The translations under genes were made by a program, and so were the position numbers. Below are positions 29,842 through 39,007 of a DNA stretch of 64,000 nt, piece by piece. The DNA comes from an uncultured Syntrophaceae bacterium. GTDB taxonomy: Bacteria; Desulfobacterota; Syntrophia; Syntrophales; UBA8958. Location: NCBI GenBank assembly GCA_964492965.1, contig CAZBME010000026.1, forward strand, positions 925-64,924, read 5' to 3'. Below the pieces are notes generated by a model. That model was not told the DNA's origin and did not search any database. It worked only from the letters and a program-made list of their open reading frames with translations. The stretch's first letter is position 1. Every line of letters starts with the position of its first letter.

Positions 29842-30351
29842 ATGATTCCGCAACTTGAGAAATATATCAAACTGGCAAAAAGTTGCCATATGGTCCATGC
29901 CCGGCTGATCACATCAGACGAGATCTTCTTCGACGTCCGTGCCATCCTGAAATGTCGATGGGGCTGTGAAGATTACTTTCAGGAGAGCGTCCGCTGCCAT
30001 GAGCGAAATACGACTTACGGCGAGCGGATGGAAATGATCAAAAAATATCAACACATTCTGCTCGTCCATGGCCATGACGCCAGAGAACTGAGCCACGCCG
30101 TTCTGGAACTGGAACGTGCGGTTTTCCTCGACGGATACTACTTTGCCTTTGCCGTCAGGGCCTGTAATTTGTGCGCAGGATGCGCTGTCCGGCAGGGGCA
30201 TGCCTGCCCGACACCTGATAAAGTCAGGCCTTGCGACCAAAGCTTTGGGATTGATGTCTATAAAACCGTTCGGAATCTTGGATTACCCTGTAAGGTTCTT
30301 AAAAGAAAACAGGATGTGCAAAATCGATACGGATTTGTTCTAATTGACTGA
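29842..30351 (+). CDS. DUF2284-like predicted metal-binding protein
   Basis: Cys pattern CRWGCEDY ... CH ... CNLCAGC ... CP ... C as I remember for DUF2284. ATG 29842 follows GAGGG, and the longer tracked start has no RBS. Confidence 0.6.
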   Translation: MIPQLEKYIKLAKSCHMVHARLITSDEIFFDVRAILKCRWGCEDYFQESVRCHERNTTYGERMEMIKKYQHILLVHGHDARELSHAVLELERAVFLDGYYFAFAVRACNLCAGCAVRQGHACPTPDKVRPCDQSFGIDVYKTVRNLGLPCKVLKRKQDVQNRYGFVLID

Positions 30352-30679
30352 GTTTCATTATCAAGCACCCGGATTCCCGCATATTCATGATTATGGTGGA
30401 TATGTCTTACGAAATCAGAAAGGCGAGAAGCCGGAAAGCTGAACGTCGTGAGAGAGGAATCATCGCTGACCAAGCAGAGCTAAAGGCACGGTATCAACGA
30501 ATCGGCTTTATCGGGGAGCGGAGGGCAACCTTTCCACATCTGCCCTTTTCTGTCCTCCTCATTTCCATGCCGCTGCAACAGACGGTCAACAGACAGACCG
30601 AAGCAAGTGAGCATATATATTTTACATGGATCGATTCATCTGGTATGAATGACGTCTCATTGCAAACAGGGGAATAATC

Positions 30680-31432
30680 ATGGACCTGCACATCAAGGAT
30701 AAGGTCGCTGTCATTACAGGAGGGGCATCGGGAATCGGACAAAAAACAGCGGAACTTTTTGTCCAGGAAGGGGCAAGGGTTTTCATCAGCGATATCAAAG
30801 AAGAAGCCATTCAAAGCACGCTAAAGATACTTCGGGACTCAGGAGGCGATGCCGGGGGTTGTCTCTGCGATGTGACGGATGAACAGAGCGTCAACCGGAT
30901 GGTTCAGGCCGCCCTCGCCCGCTGCGGGACTATTGATTTTCTGGTGAACAGTGCAGGGATCTCCGGCAGTTCCGCGCCTCTGTTGACCTCTCCCCGGGAA
31001 GCTTGGCAACGGGTTCTGGACATCAATCTGGTCGGCACCATTCTATGTTGCCAGGCTGTGGCCCCGATCCTGCGAGATCAAAAGAGCGGCCGGATCGTCA
31101 ATATCGCCTCGGAGGCCGGCGTCTCCGGAGAACGTGAGGCGGAAATCTACTGCGCCTCCAAGGGCGGGGTCATGTCTTTGACCAAATCCCTCGCTAAAAC
31201 ACTGGGGCGAAGCAACATTACAGTCAATGCCGTCGCTCCAGCCTTCGTCCACTCGCCGATGACCACACGGATCACAGCGGACATGGAGAAGAAATGGCTG
31301 ATGATGTACACGCTAAAAAGACTGGGAGAGACGGAAGACGTAGCCAATATGATCGTCTTCCTCTGTTCAGACCGCTGTTCATGGATCACGGGACAGACCC
31401 TTTCCATCAATGGCGGATTTTCGATGCGATAA
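30680..31432 (+). CDS. Short-chain dehydrogenase/reductase (FabG-like)
   Basis: TGGASGIG cofactor motif, NSAG, and the catalytic YCASKGG (YxxxK). Confidence 0.85.
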   Translation: MDLHIKDKVAVITGGASGIGQKTAELFVQEGARVFISDIKEEAIQSTLKILRDSGGDAGGCLCDVTDEQSVNRMVQAALARCGTIDFLVNSAGISGSSAPLLTSPREAWQRVLDINLVGTILCCQAVAPILRDQKSGRIVNIASEAGVSGEREAEIYCASKGGVMSLTKSLAKTLGRSNITVNAVAPAFVHSPMTTRITADMEKKWLMMYTLKRLGETEDVANMIVFLCSDRCSWITGQTLSINGGFSMR

Positions 31433-31450
31433 ACTAACGGGGAGCAAAGC

Positions 31451-32332
31451 ATGACAACAGCAGAAAATCCATACCTGATCAGCGTCTCGGAATTGGCGGA
31501 TTTGATCGATAAAAAAACCGTAGCCATCATCGACAGCAGGCATCCGGATGAGTACCAGGAGGATCACATTCCCGGCGCCATCAACATCTACGATATTTTC
31601 TCCTATATATCGACGAAGGAAAACGGCGGCTACGAGGCCCTGCAGCGTGAATTTGCCGACCTGTTCGGCGCCGCCGGTCTCTGTGGCCGGGAACGGGTTG
31701 TGGTTTATGAAGACAACATGGATAGCGGCTACGGCCGATCCTGTCGCGGATATTACCTGCTGAAATACCTTGGGCACCCGGATGTCCGGGTTCTCCACGG
31801 CGGATACCAGGCATGGCTTGACGAGAACCAGCCAATTACCGGGAAGATTCCCGTTGTCGAAAAGAAGGCCTTCCCCCTGAATCCTGACCCGTCCATCATC
31901 GTGACCACAGAAGAAATGCTGGCCTCACTTGAGGACCCCGGTATCATTAAACTGGATTGTCGCGACTATGCCGAATGGATCGGGACCAGTTCCTCTCCCT
32001 ACGGACCGGATTATGCGCCCCGCAAGGGCCGGATCCCGGGAGCCGTCTGGATTGAATGGTATCAGGTCATGCGCCAGGATGGCCCCATTCCCTGGTTTAA
32101 ATCACCAGAGGAGCTTCGGACCATCTTTGCAAAGGTAGGCATCACAACGGGGAGTTCCGTCTATTTGTACTGCTTTAAAGGAGCGCGCTCGTCAAATACG
32201 TTTATCGCCCTCAAATTGGCGGGAATCGAGAATGTCCGTAATTACGTGGCCTCATGGAATGAATGGTCCAGAGACCCCTCTCTCCCCATTGAAGAGGGCT
32301 ATCCAAGACTTCGCCTGCGGTCTGCGAGATAG
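31451..32332 (+). CDS. Two-domain rhodanese (thiosulfate/3-mercaptopyruvate sulfurtransferase-like)
   Basis: Tandem rhodanese architecture. The active-site loop CFKGARSS is in the second domain, and HIPGAIN in the first. Confidence 0.85.
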   Translation: MTTAENPYLISVSELADLIDKKTVAIIDSRHPDEYQEDHIPGAINIYDIFSYISTKENGGYEALQREFADLFGAAGLCGRERVVVYEDNMDSGYGRSCRGYYLLKYLGHPDVRVLHGGYQAWLDENQPITGKIPVVEKKAFPLNPDPSIIVTTEEMLASLEDPGIIKLDCRDYAEWIGTSSSPYGPDYAPRKGRIPGAVWIEWYQVMRQDGPIPWFKSPEELRTIFAKVGITTGSSVYLYCFKGARSSNTFIALKLAGIENVRNYVASWNEWSRDPSLPIEEGYPRLRLRSAR

Positions 32333-32434
32333 CTAAAATACATCTGGGTTAATCTCTGATGCCCTGCTGAAGGGGCAAGGAGATTTGCTTGCGGACCTCT
32401 CAAGAGATATCGTCATTTTCTCTGCAATTTGTGC

Positions 32435-32463
32435 TTGCCAGATTTACGCTTTGTCGTTATATT
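32435..32463 (+). promoter_or_regulatory. Sigma-70-like promoter candidate for the CBS gene
   Basis: TTGCCA (32435-32440), a 17-nt spacer, then TATATT (32458-32463), about 60 nt upstream of the ATG at 32524. Confidence 0.35.
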
Positions 32464-32523
32464 ATAACCCAGTTTTGATGTTTTCATTGTCCACGCTCTT
32501 CATTACTCACAAGGGGGAAAATC

Positions 32524-32970
32524 ATGACAAAAAAAGTAAAAGACCTGTTGAAAAGCAAGAAAAAAGAGGTGTTCTCCATCTCTCCAAAGCTGGTGGTTTA
32601 TGACGCCCTGAAAGTGATGGGAGAAAAGGAGATCGGGGCCCTGATGGTTATGGATGATGCCGGAAAAGTGCTTGGTATTATTACAGAAAGAGACTATGCC
32701 AGAAAAGTGGTCCTGAAAGGGAAGCGCTCCCAGGAAACCCTCGTCGAAGAGATCATGACTCCCGCAGAAAATATGTTCACCGTCAAACCGGACACCTCTG
32801 TCGAAGACTGTATGGTTCTCATTACAGGCAAGCATGTCCGGCATTTACCGGTTTATGAAGACGGAAAATACATCGGCCTCATTTCTATCGGCGATGTTGT
32901 GAAATCCATCATCTCCGAGCAGGAAATGCTGATTGATCATCTGAGTAATTATATCGCAGGGAAATATTGA
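32524..32970 (+). CDS. CBS-domain pair protein
   Basis: Two CBS repeats (VMDDAGKVLGIITERD; HLPVYEDGKYIGLISIGD). AGGGGGA RBS. Confidence 0.85.
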   Translation: MTKKVKDLLKSKKKEVFSISPKLVVYDALKVMGEKEIGALMVMDDAGKVLGIITERDYARKVVLKGKRSQETLVEEIMTPAENMFTVKPDTSVEDCMVLITGKHVRHLPVYEDGKYIGLISIGDVVKSIISEQEMLIDHLSNYIAGKY

Positions 32971-33145
32971 TCATCAGAATGATCAAGGTAAAGCGGTTTT
33001 TTCAAAATGCCGTTAATGGGTATTTGTAAGATATGGATTGACTTCTCGGGTATAGTGATCTAAAAATAGCAAGTGCCTTTCAGGTTAATTTTGTTGGAAG
33101 AGTGCCTGATAAGCTGGGCGAGGACGTTTTGAAGTGCAAAGGTTG

Positions 33146-33186
33146 GCCGCCATGCTCTTTGGAGTCTTGGCGGTTTTTTTCTTTTT
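33146..33186 (+). terminator. Terminator-like hairpin inside the cold-shock gene leader
   Basis: GCCGCCA (33146-33152) pairs with TGGCGGT (33168-33174). It is followed by TTTTTTTCTTTTT and lies about 50 nt upstream of the csp ATG. Confidence 0.45.
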
Positions 33187-33238
33187 GCCATTGTGTTGTT
33201 CCGACTCATTGTAAATTTTATAAAGAAGGATGCAACCG

Positions 33239-33431
33239 ATGTCGGAAGGCAAAGTAAAATGGTTTAACGGGCAAAAAAGCTCTGGATTCATCGAAAACGA
33301 TGAAAGCGATGATGTATTCGTTCATGACAGCGCCATTCAAGCCGGCGGGCTCAAGACGCTTTACGAGAGCCAGCTTTGATGTGGCTGCAGGTAAAAAAGG
33401 TCCGGCGGCGGAAAACATAAAACCCGCATAA
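33239..33431 (+). pseudogene. Cold-shock protein (CspA family) gene disrupted by a frameshift/deletion
   Basis: AAGGA RBS. The ATG at 33239 encodes [45 protein letters not shown], then TGA at 33377. The +1 frame continues [18 protein letters not shown] to TAA 33431. About 3 residues of the beta-4 strand are missing and the RNP1 motif is KSSGFI rather than KGFGFI. Confidence 0.7.
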
Positions 33432-33531
33432 GGTTTTTGGGGTATAAAAGAGGCATTCCTGTACTCTGAAGCAGTGCTCGGTTGCCTCTTACTTTTTCAT
33501 ACAACTGCCATAGGGCAAAGGGAGGCAAAAC

Positions 33532-33711
33532 ATGGCCAGGACAAAATACACTTTCGAGAAACGCCAGAGGGAGATAGCCAGGCACAAGAAACAGGAAGAA
33601 AAGACCGCCCGCCGTGCTGAAGCCAAAAAGGAAAAGAGCGATTCCCCAGAAGATCCGGGATTGACTGAATTGGGTGGGGAAAACGACTCTCAGAACCTGC
33701 CAGAACAGTAA
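33532..33711 (+). CDS. Small (59 aa) highly charged Lys/Arg/Glu-rich protein, absent from the supplied ORF track
   Basis: AGGGAGG sits 7 nt upstream of ATG 33532. Translation is MARTKYTFEKRQREIARHKKQEEKTARRAEAKKEKSDSPEDPGLTELGGENDSQNLPEQ, ending at TAA 33709-33711. Confidence 0.45.
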   Translation: MARTKYTFEKRQREIARHKKQEEKTARRAEAKKEKSDSPEDPGLTELGGENDSQNLPEQ

Positions 33712-33760
33712 AGTGGCCATTTGAATCTGACCACGAGAAACCATTCATTATCAATATTTT

Positions 33761-33964
33761 CTACATTTTGTTACCCACAATAAGTTGAGCAAATCGTGTA
33801 AAGGAACGATCATAGGTTTTTTCTACATTGGCTGGAAAACAACAGGCAGGCAGTTCGTTCATTCCCAGGTGGTAAGACAGGCATTCGCAGCAAGCCCCTT
33901 TCCGTGGGCAGGGATGATAGGTGCAGTTACAGCGGGAAGCGTTTTTTTCTTTCACACAATCCAT
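33761..33964 (-). CDS. Small Cys-rich protein (DUF6485-like)
   Basis: CNCTYHPCPRKGACCECLSYH ... LPACCF cysteine pattern. AAGGGG RBS. Confidence 0.55.
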   Translation of the reverse strand: MDCVKEKNASRCNCTYHPCPRKGACCECLSYHLGMNELPACCFPANVEKTYDRSFTRFAQLIVGNKM

Positions 33965-34013
33965 TTTATAACCCCTTGGTATTTATAAATACTTGCTTAA
34001 TGGCATCCGGGCA

Positions 34014-35621
34014 TTACGCCCGCCTGAGTTTTTCAATTGTCTCATCCACATAGGCAGCCGAAAAATGTTCGCCACGATATTTTACCAGGGCCTCATCCAA
34101 GCAAAACAGAAAATCCTTGACAACCTTGGGGTCAAATTGGGTTCCGGCACACCCGTGCAGAATATCCAAAACCTTGGCCATGGGCATAGCATCATTATTC
34201 ATGACCTCCCTTTCGGTATACTTCGGGTAATCCCGGGGAGACGTCAGGGCGTCAAACACGTCAGCAACGGCAAGTATCCTTGAATACAATGGAATTTCCT
34301 CACCTTTGAGTCCATCATGATACCCCCTGCCGTCAAAACGTTCATGGTGATGGGCAGCGATGAACGGAACCTGCTCCAAGGTTTTGGAAAACCGGAAATT
34401 CTCAAGAATGGCATTGGTTTTGACCGTATGTGTTTCCATTTCCGCCCTTTCCTCCGGTGTAAAGGGCCCGCACTTGAGGAGAATCGCATCCCTGATGCCA
34501 ACTTTACCAATATCGTGGAGGAGCCCGGCATACTTGATCACTTCCAATTCCCCTTCGCCTATCCCCATTTGACGGGCAATAATCAGGGCGTATTCGGTCA
34601 CTCGCTCCGAATGCCCGGCCGTCAGCTTATGCTTGGCATCGACGGTCGCAGAAAGTGTGCGAATGGAACTTTCAAAAGATAGCTTAAGCTCCTCGACCAG
34701 TTGCGAGTTTTCGAGGGCAATCGCTACCTGGGAAGACAGAGACCGTAAAAGGATAATATCATCGCTATCGAAGGTCTCTCCGCCTTTCTTGTTGAGCACC
34801 TGGATCACGGCAATGCGCTCTCCGTCACGGCTGTTGATCGGCATGCACAGAACGCTTTTTGTGCGAAAATCCTGCTGAATATCAAACTCTCGCTTGAAAT
34901 ACGGTAATTCCCAGGCATCCGCCACATTGACGGTTTCACCCGTTTTGGCAACGAGTCCGCTGATCCCCTCTCCGATCGGCAACCTGAATTTTCGTACCTG
35001 CTCGGCGACAGTGGTCCAGATTTCATTTTTAGCCCAATCAATCAGGTACAGGCTTGTTCGTTCAGCATTCATGACCTTCGTCACCCGACTGACGATCAAA
35101 TGGAAAAGACGATCGGAATCGACCTCCGCCGTCAGGTCGAGAGCGACATCCAAGAGGTTCCCGATTTTTTCATTCGCTCTGATCTGTTCGTCCAGCAGAT
35201 GCCTATTTTCAGACGCCAGGCGGCGCTCCTTCAAAATCCGGTTCAGTTTGTTTCTCAATTCCAGCTCGGTAAAAGGCTTTTTGATAAAGTCGTTCGCCCC
35301 GGCTGCGACAATGTGTTCATAGGTGAAGCTCTTACCATAGCCCGTAATGACGACAAAGGGGATATCCGTCAAAACACGGCGGACATCATCAATGAGTTTA
35401 AGCCCTTCCATCGTTTCAATATCGGCAATCACCATATCGAATTGCCGACTCTCCAGGCGATCAAGGGCGTCCGACGCGTTTGCCGCCGCTTCACATTGAA
35501 AACCGAAGGAACTCACCATATCCACCATGATGAGTCTGGCGCTGAGATCATCCTCCACCACAAGAACGGTCTCATTCTCCGCAGTTCTATCCATGGCTAT
35601 CTCCGAATTATGATCATTCAA
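34014..35621 (-). CDS. Response regulator: receiver + GAF + HD-GYP phosphodiesterase
   Basis: Receiver VLVVEDD ... MVIADI ... K. A central GAF-like domain. HD-GYP motifs HDIGKVGI and HHERFDGRGYHDGL. The TTG start at 35621 follows GGGAGAAAG, and ATG 35594 is an alternative. Confidence 0.85.
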   Translation of the reverse strand: MNDHNSEIAMDRTAENETVLVVEDDLSARLIMVDMVSSFGFQCEAAANASDALDRLESRQFDMVIADIETMEGLKLIDDVRRVLTDIPFVVITGYGKSFTYEHIVAAGANDFIKKPFTELELRNKLNRILKERRLASENRHLLDEQIRANEKIGNLLDVALDLTAEVDSDRLFHLIVSRVTKVMNAERTSLYLIDWAKNEIWTTVAEQVRKFRLPIGEGISGLVAKTGETVNVADAWELPYFKREFDIQQDFRTKSVLCMPINSRDGERIAVIQVLNKKGGETFDSDDIILLRSLSSQVAIALENSQLVEELKLSFESSIRTLSATVDAKHKLTAGHSERVTEYALIIARQMGIGEGELEVIKYAGLLHDIGKVGIRDAILLKCGPFTPEERAEMETHTVKTNAILENFRFSKTLEQVPFIAAHHHERFDGRGYHDGLKGEEIPLYSRILAVADVFDALTSPRDYPKYTEREVMNNDAMPMAKVLDILHGCAGTQFDPKVVKDFLFCLDEALVKYRGEHFSAAYVDETIEKLRRA

Positions 35622-35658
35622 GACTTTCTCCCGACAGATGTCACCACATCCTTCCTAT

Positions 35659-36633
35659 CTACTGGTTCAATACCCAGAGGGGCCTTTTCCCCCTCAAGAT
35701 CCGTTCCAGGTTATCGAAGGACATGTTCCGGATTCGCGTTCCCGATTCCCGGGTAGAACCAGCCAAATGCGGGGTGAGGATAACATTGTCCAGGCCGAAG
35801 AGAGGGTGATCTTGGGGGGGCGGTTCCTGGCTGAAGACATCGACAGCGGCAGCGGCCAGTTTCTTATTTCTCACAGCCTCGGCAAGAGCCGCTTCATCGA
35901 CCAGCGGCCCGCGTCCAACATTAATAAGCACTGCCGTGGGTTTCATCAGGGCAAGGCGAGCCGCATTCATAAATCCATGGGTCTCCTGGGTTAGGGGCAG
36001 ATGCAGGCTGACAATATCCGCCGTTTTCAAAATCTCCTCGACAGGCGCGTAAGTGGCCTGATACTTGTCTTCAAGTTCGGGACTTAACCTTACTACGTCA
36101 TAATAGAGTAAATTAACACCGAAGGAAGCGAGTCTCTCGGCCACGGCCCGGGCTGTCCGGCCCATACCCAGCAGGCCGTATGTCTTGCCGTTTACCTCAA
36201 AAATCCCCGTCCGCTGAGCCTCTGTGAACAGCCATTGCCCCTGATGGGTTGCGGCATTGAAGTAAGGCAGTTTCTTGAGGCAGGCCAATGCCAGCATGAT
36301 CGTGTGTTCGGCAACACCGATATCGTTGGCTCCCGGTGTATTGGCAACGGGAATGCCGAATTCGCGGCAGGCCTCGATATCAATATGATTGTAGCCGACA
36401 CTCGGCTGTTGAATGAGCTTGAGTTTCCCGGCAGCCGCCACAATTGGCCGTGTGATAGGAGTCCCGCCGGTATAATCCCCGTAAAGAACTTCGGCGTCGG
36501 CAATTTCCGCGACCAGTCTGTCTTCCGGGAAACGATGTAAATCCAAAACAGAAAGCACTATTCCGGGGATTCTGGATTCCAGCCCGCTTTTTAAATGGAC
36601 GCCGGACATGGGAGCCGTATTAAGAATTTTCAT
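35659..36633 (-). CDS. D-isomer-specific 2-hydroxyacid dehydrogenase (glycerate/phosphoglycerate dehydrogenase-like)
   Basis: AGGAGG RBS. NAD motif GLLGMGRTARAVA. Catalytic-region motifs INVGRGPLVDE and TPHLAGST. Confidence 0.85.
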   Translation of the reverse strand: MKILNTAPMSGVHLKSGLESRIPGIVLSVLDLHRFPEDRLVAEIADAEVLYGDYTGGTPITRPIVAAAGKLKLIQQPSVGYNHIDIEACREFGIPVANTPGANDIGVAEHTIMLALACLKKLPYFNAATHQGQWLFTEAQRTGIFEVNGKTYGLLGMGRTARAVAERLASFGVNLLYYDVVRLSPELEDKYQATYAPVEEILKTADIVSLHLPLTQETHGFMNAARLALMKPTAVLINVGRGPLVDEAALAEAVRNKKLAAAAVDVFSQEPPPQDHPLFGLDNVILTPHLAGSTRESGTRIRNMSFDNLERILRGKRPLWVLNQ

Positions 36634-36884
36634 AGATCCTCCTGTATGGATGATTTGACAAAGCCGGTCTGCTTTCGGGAAGTGCCGTCATGTACCGGGA
36701 ACTGAAACATAACGTTATATTAGTAACCCTTTGCCGATCGGATGTCAATATGAGAAATGCACCTTTGTTCCTTGAAAACAGCCATTTTCGTTGACATTAA
36801 TATTTTTTTTATTTACCGTATGGCCATAATCATTGTCCGTCGTTTCCCTGCCTCACCATTCCATAGAAGAATGGAGCGCGAATC

Positions 36885-37358
36885 GTGAAACCCAAAAATA
36901 ATCGTCATATTCACCGCTGGAGGCTTCTGGCCTTCGGAGCCGTCCTGGGTATTCTTCTTGCCACCATTATAGCCTCTGGTTATCGCATCTCTGGCAGTCC
37001 TAGCTTCTGCTCCGCTTGTCACAGCATGGAGCATGTCGCCCAACACTGGCAGCAATCCAATCACAAGCAATTTGCCTGCATAGAATGTCACATGCCTGAC
37101 AGCAACCTAATAGCCCAGGCCGCCTATAAAACACGTGCCGGGCTCAATGATCTTTTTCATGAAACATTCCAGACTTATCCCGCAGCCATCCAGTTATCGG
37201 GGGAAGGCAGGGCAATCGCACGCGGCAATTGTCTGCGGTGTCATTATTCAACCATAGAAAACACACCCATGGCCCGGCAGGGGGGTGATTGCCTCAAATG
37301 CCATCGCAATTTGGTCCATGGCCGAGGACTGGAAAAAGGAGGAATGAAAATTGAGTAA
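36885..37358 (+). CDS. nrfH: Tetrahaem NapC/NirT-family quinol dehydrogenase NrfH
   Basis: N-terminal membrane anchor plus four CXXCH motifs (CSACH, CIECH, CLRCH, CLKCH). GTG start after GGAG. Overlaps nrfA by 8 nt. Confidence 0.85.
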   Translation: MKPKNNRHIHRWRLLAFGAVLGILLATIIASGYRISGSPSFCSACHSMEHVAQHWQQSNHKQFACIECHMPDSNLIAQAAYKTRAGLNDLFHETFQTYPAAIQLSGEGRAIARGNCLRCHYSTIENTPMARQGGDCLKCHRNLVHGRGLEKGGMKIE

Positions 37359-38631
37359 GAAAATAAAGTGGACCGTGTTGATTCTGGGGGTGGTTATCGC
37401 TGTTTTTGCCGCCATTGTCGTACAGGCCTTCCTCGCGCAACCCGCCTCGACACTCAAATTAGCCAAGCTACCGGATGGAGAGTATGATCCGGCCGTCTGG
37501 GGGAAAGCGTATCCCCTGGAATACGAAAGCTACAAGAAGAATCGCGAGATGGCGTCCTCGCCAACGGGATTCGGCGGCAGTCAAAAGGAGCAAAAGTCCT
37601 TGAAGGAACCGGAGATCCTCACGAACTTCAAAGGCATGCCTTTCAGCAAGGATTATTCGGAAGACCGCGGACACCCTTATGCCGTCGAGGATCTTAAGGA
37701 AAGCAAACGAGTCACGGCAGCCACCCCCGGCGCCTGCATGACCTGCAAAACGGCCAACCTCACCGACATCTACAAGGAAATGGGCTGGGGATATGCAAAA
37801 AAACCCCTGGCCGAACTATTGCCCAGGATAAAACATCCCATCGTTTGCGCCAACTGCCACGATCCGGCGACTATGAATCTCCGGGTCACCAACCCAGCCT
37901 TTGTCGAGGCTATGCAGCGACGTGGGATAGACGTCCAGAAGGCATCCCGGGAAGACATGCGAAGTTATGTCTGCGGCCAGTGCCATGCCGAATATTATTT
38001 CGAACCCGAGTCTAAAAAAGTGGTTTTCCCGTGGGAAAAGGGATATCTCCCCGAACAGATGTATGCCTACTACGAAGGGAAACCGGCCGGATTCGAACAG
38101 GACTGGGTACACCCCGATTCGCAGGCCAAAATGCTCAAGGCCCAGCACCCCGATTTTGAAACATGGGAAGGGGGCGTCCACGGGAAATCCGGTGTCTCTT
38201 GCGCCGATTGTCATATGCCTTATATGAGAGAGGCCGGCCAGAAGTACACATCCCACTGGGTAACAAGTCCCATGAAGCATGTAAAAGCATCCTGCCAGAC
38301 GTGTCATGCGAAGAGCGCCGTCTGGCTCCTTGAGCGCGTCAAGACCATCCAGAATAATGTCTGGCAACTCCAGCGGACGGCAGGACAAACGGTTGCACGG
38401 GCTCATGAGGTCATTGGCAAAGCGGGAGCCGTTGCCAAGGCTGATAAGGCACAACTGGACAAGGCCCGTGAACTGGTGCGGAAAGCCCAGTGGTTCTGGG
38501 ATATGGTCGCTGCGGAAAACAGCATGGGCTTCCATAATCCCGATCAGGTCCTGAACACCCTTGGCCGTTCCATCGATATGGCTCACCAGGCCATTGCCAT
38601 AGCGAACAGGGCGGCAGGAAGCCAGTTTTAA
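37351..38631 (+). CDS. nrfA: Pentahaem cytochrome c nitrite reductase NrfA
   Basis: Diagnostic CMTCK (CXXCK) active-site haem motif plus CANCH, CGQCH, CADCH, CQTCH. Signal anchor present. TTG start after AAAGGAGG. Confidence 0.9.
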   Translation: MSKKIKWTVLILGVVIAVFAAIVVQAFLAQPASTLKLAKLPDGEYDPAVWGKAYPLEYESYKKNREMASSPTGFGGSQKEQKSLKEPEILTNFKGMPFSKDYSEDRGHPYAVEDLKESKRVTAATPGACMTCKTANLTDIYKEMGWGYAKKPLAELLPRIKHPIVCANCHDPATMNLRVTNPAFVEAMQRRGIDVQKASREDMRSYVCGQCHAEYYFEPESKKVVFPWEKGYLPEQMYAYYEGKPAGFEQDWVHPDSQAKMLKAQHPDFETWEGGVHGKSGVSCADCHMPYMREAGQKYTSHWVTSPMKHVKASCQTCHAKSAVWLLERVKTIQNNVWQLQRTAGQTVARAHEVIGKAGAVAKADKAQLDKARELVRKAQWFWDMVAAENSMGFHNPDQVLNTLGRSIDMAHQAIAIANRAAGSQF

Positions 38632-38660
38632 CGGATGTTTTTAAGTATAAAATGACTGGA

Positions 38661-38969
38661 TCAAGGCGAAGAAAGGCCCGACGGGCGGTCTTGGTTGGCC
38701 AGAGTCTCGACCGCTTCCTTGGCGTTCTTAAGGCAGCCGCCATGAAGTTCGCCGTATAGTTGGATGGCAAGACCTTCTTCACCGCAAGCCATCAGCGTGA
38801 TGACGTCGTCGTCACTACCGCTCCCGGATGGCGGGTAGATGCCACGGCTCCGAGCCCTTGCAATGCTTGAGCAACTACGCAACAGCAGCACAACGGGAAT
38901 CAGGAATACGACGACGGCAGCAATGATCTGCCAAGAGAGCCCGGCCTCAAGTTCGGCATGACAAACCAT
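38661..38969 (-). CDS. Small membrane-anchored protein with a ribosomal L7/L12 C-terminal-domain-like module
   Basis: One TM (WQIIAAVVVFLIPVVLLL). The tail VITLMACGEEGLAIQLYGELHGGCLKNAKEAVETL follows the L7/L12-CTD pattern. The start is set at ATG 38969 because the tracked start 39059 lies inside the hcp terminator hairpin. No clear RBS. Confidence 0.45.
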   Translation of the reverse strand: MVCHAELEAGLSWQIIAAVVVFLIPVVLLLRSCSSIARARSRGIYPPSGSGSDDDVITLMACGEEGLAIQLYGELHGGCLKNAKEAVETLANQDRPSGLSSP

Positions 38970-39007
38970 TTTATATAGAGAGCGCCGCAAGCGGAAGGAT
39001 AGAATGA

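Noticed and set aside
30387-30677. 96-aa plus-strand ORF in the DUF2284-SDR gap
   Set aside because: It has no Shine-Dalgarno sequence. It contains several in-frame Met codons without signals, and the C-terminal two thirds look non-protein-like.
37816-38586. 256-aa minus-strand ORF inside nrfA
   Set aside because: It is antisense to the frame that contains all five haem-binding motifs.
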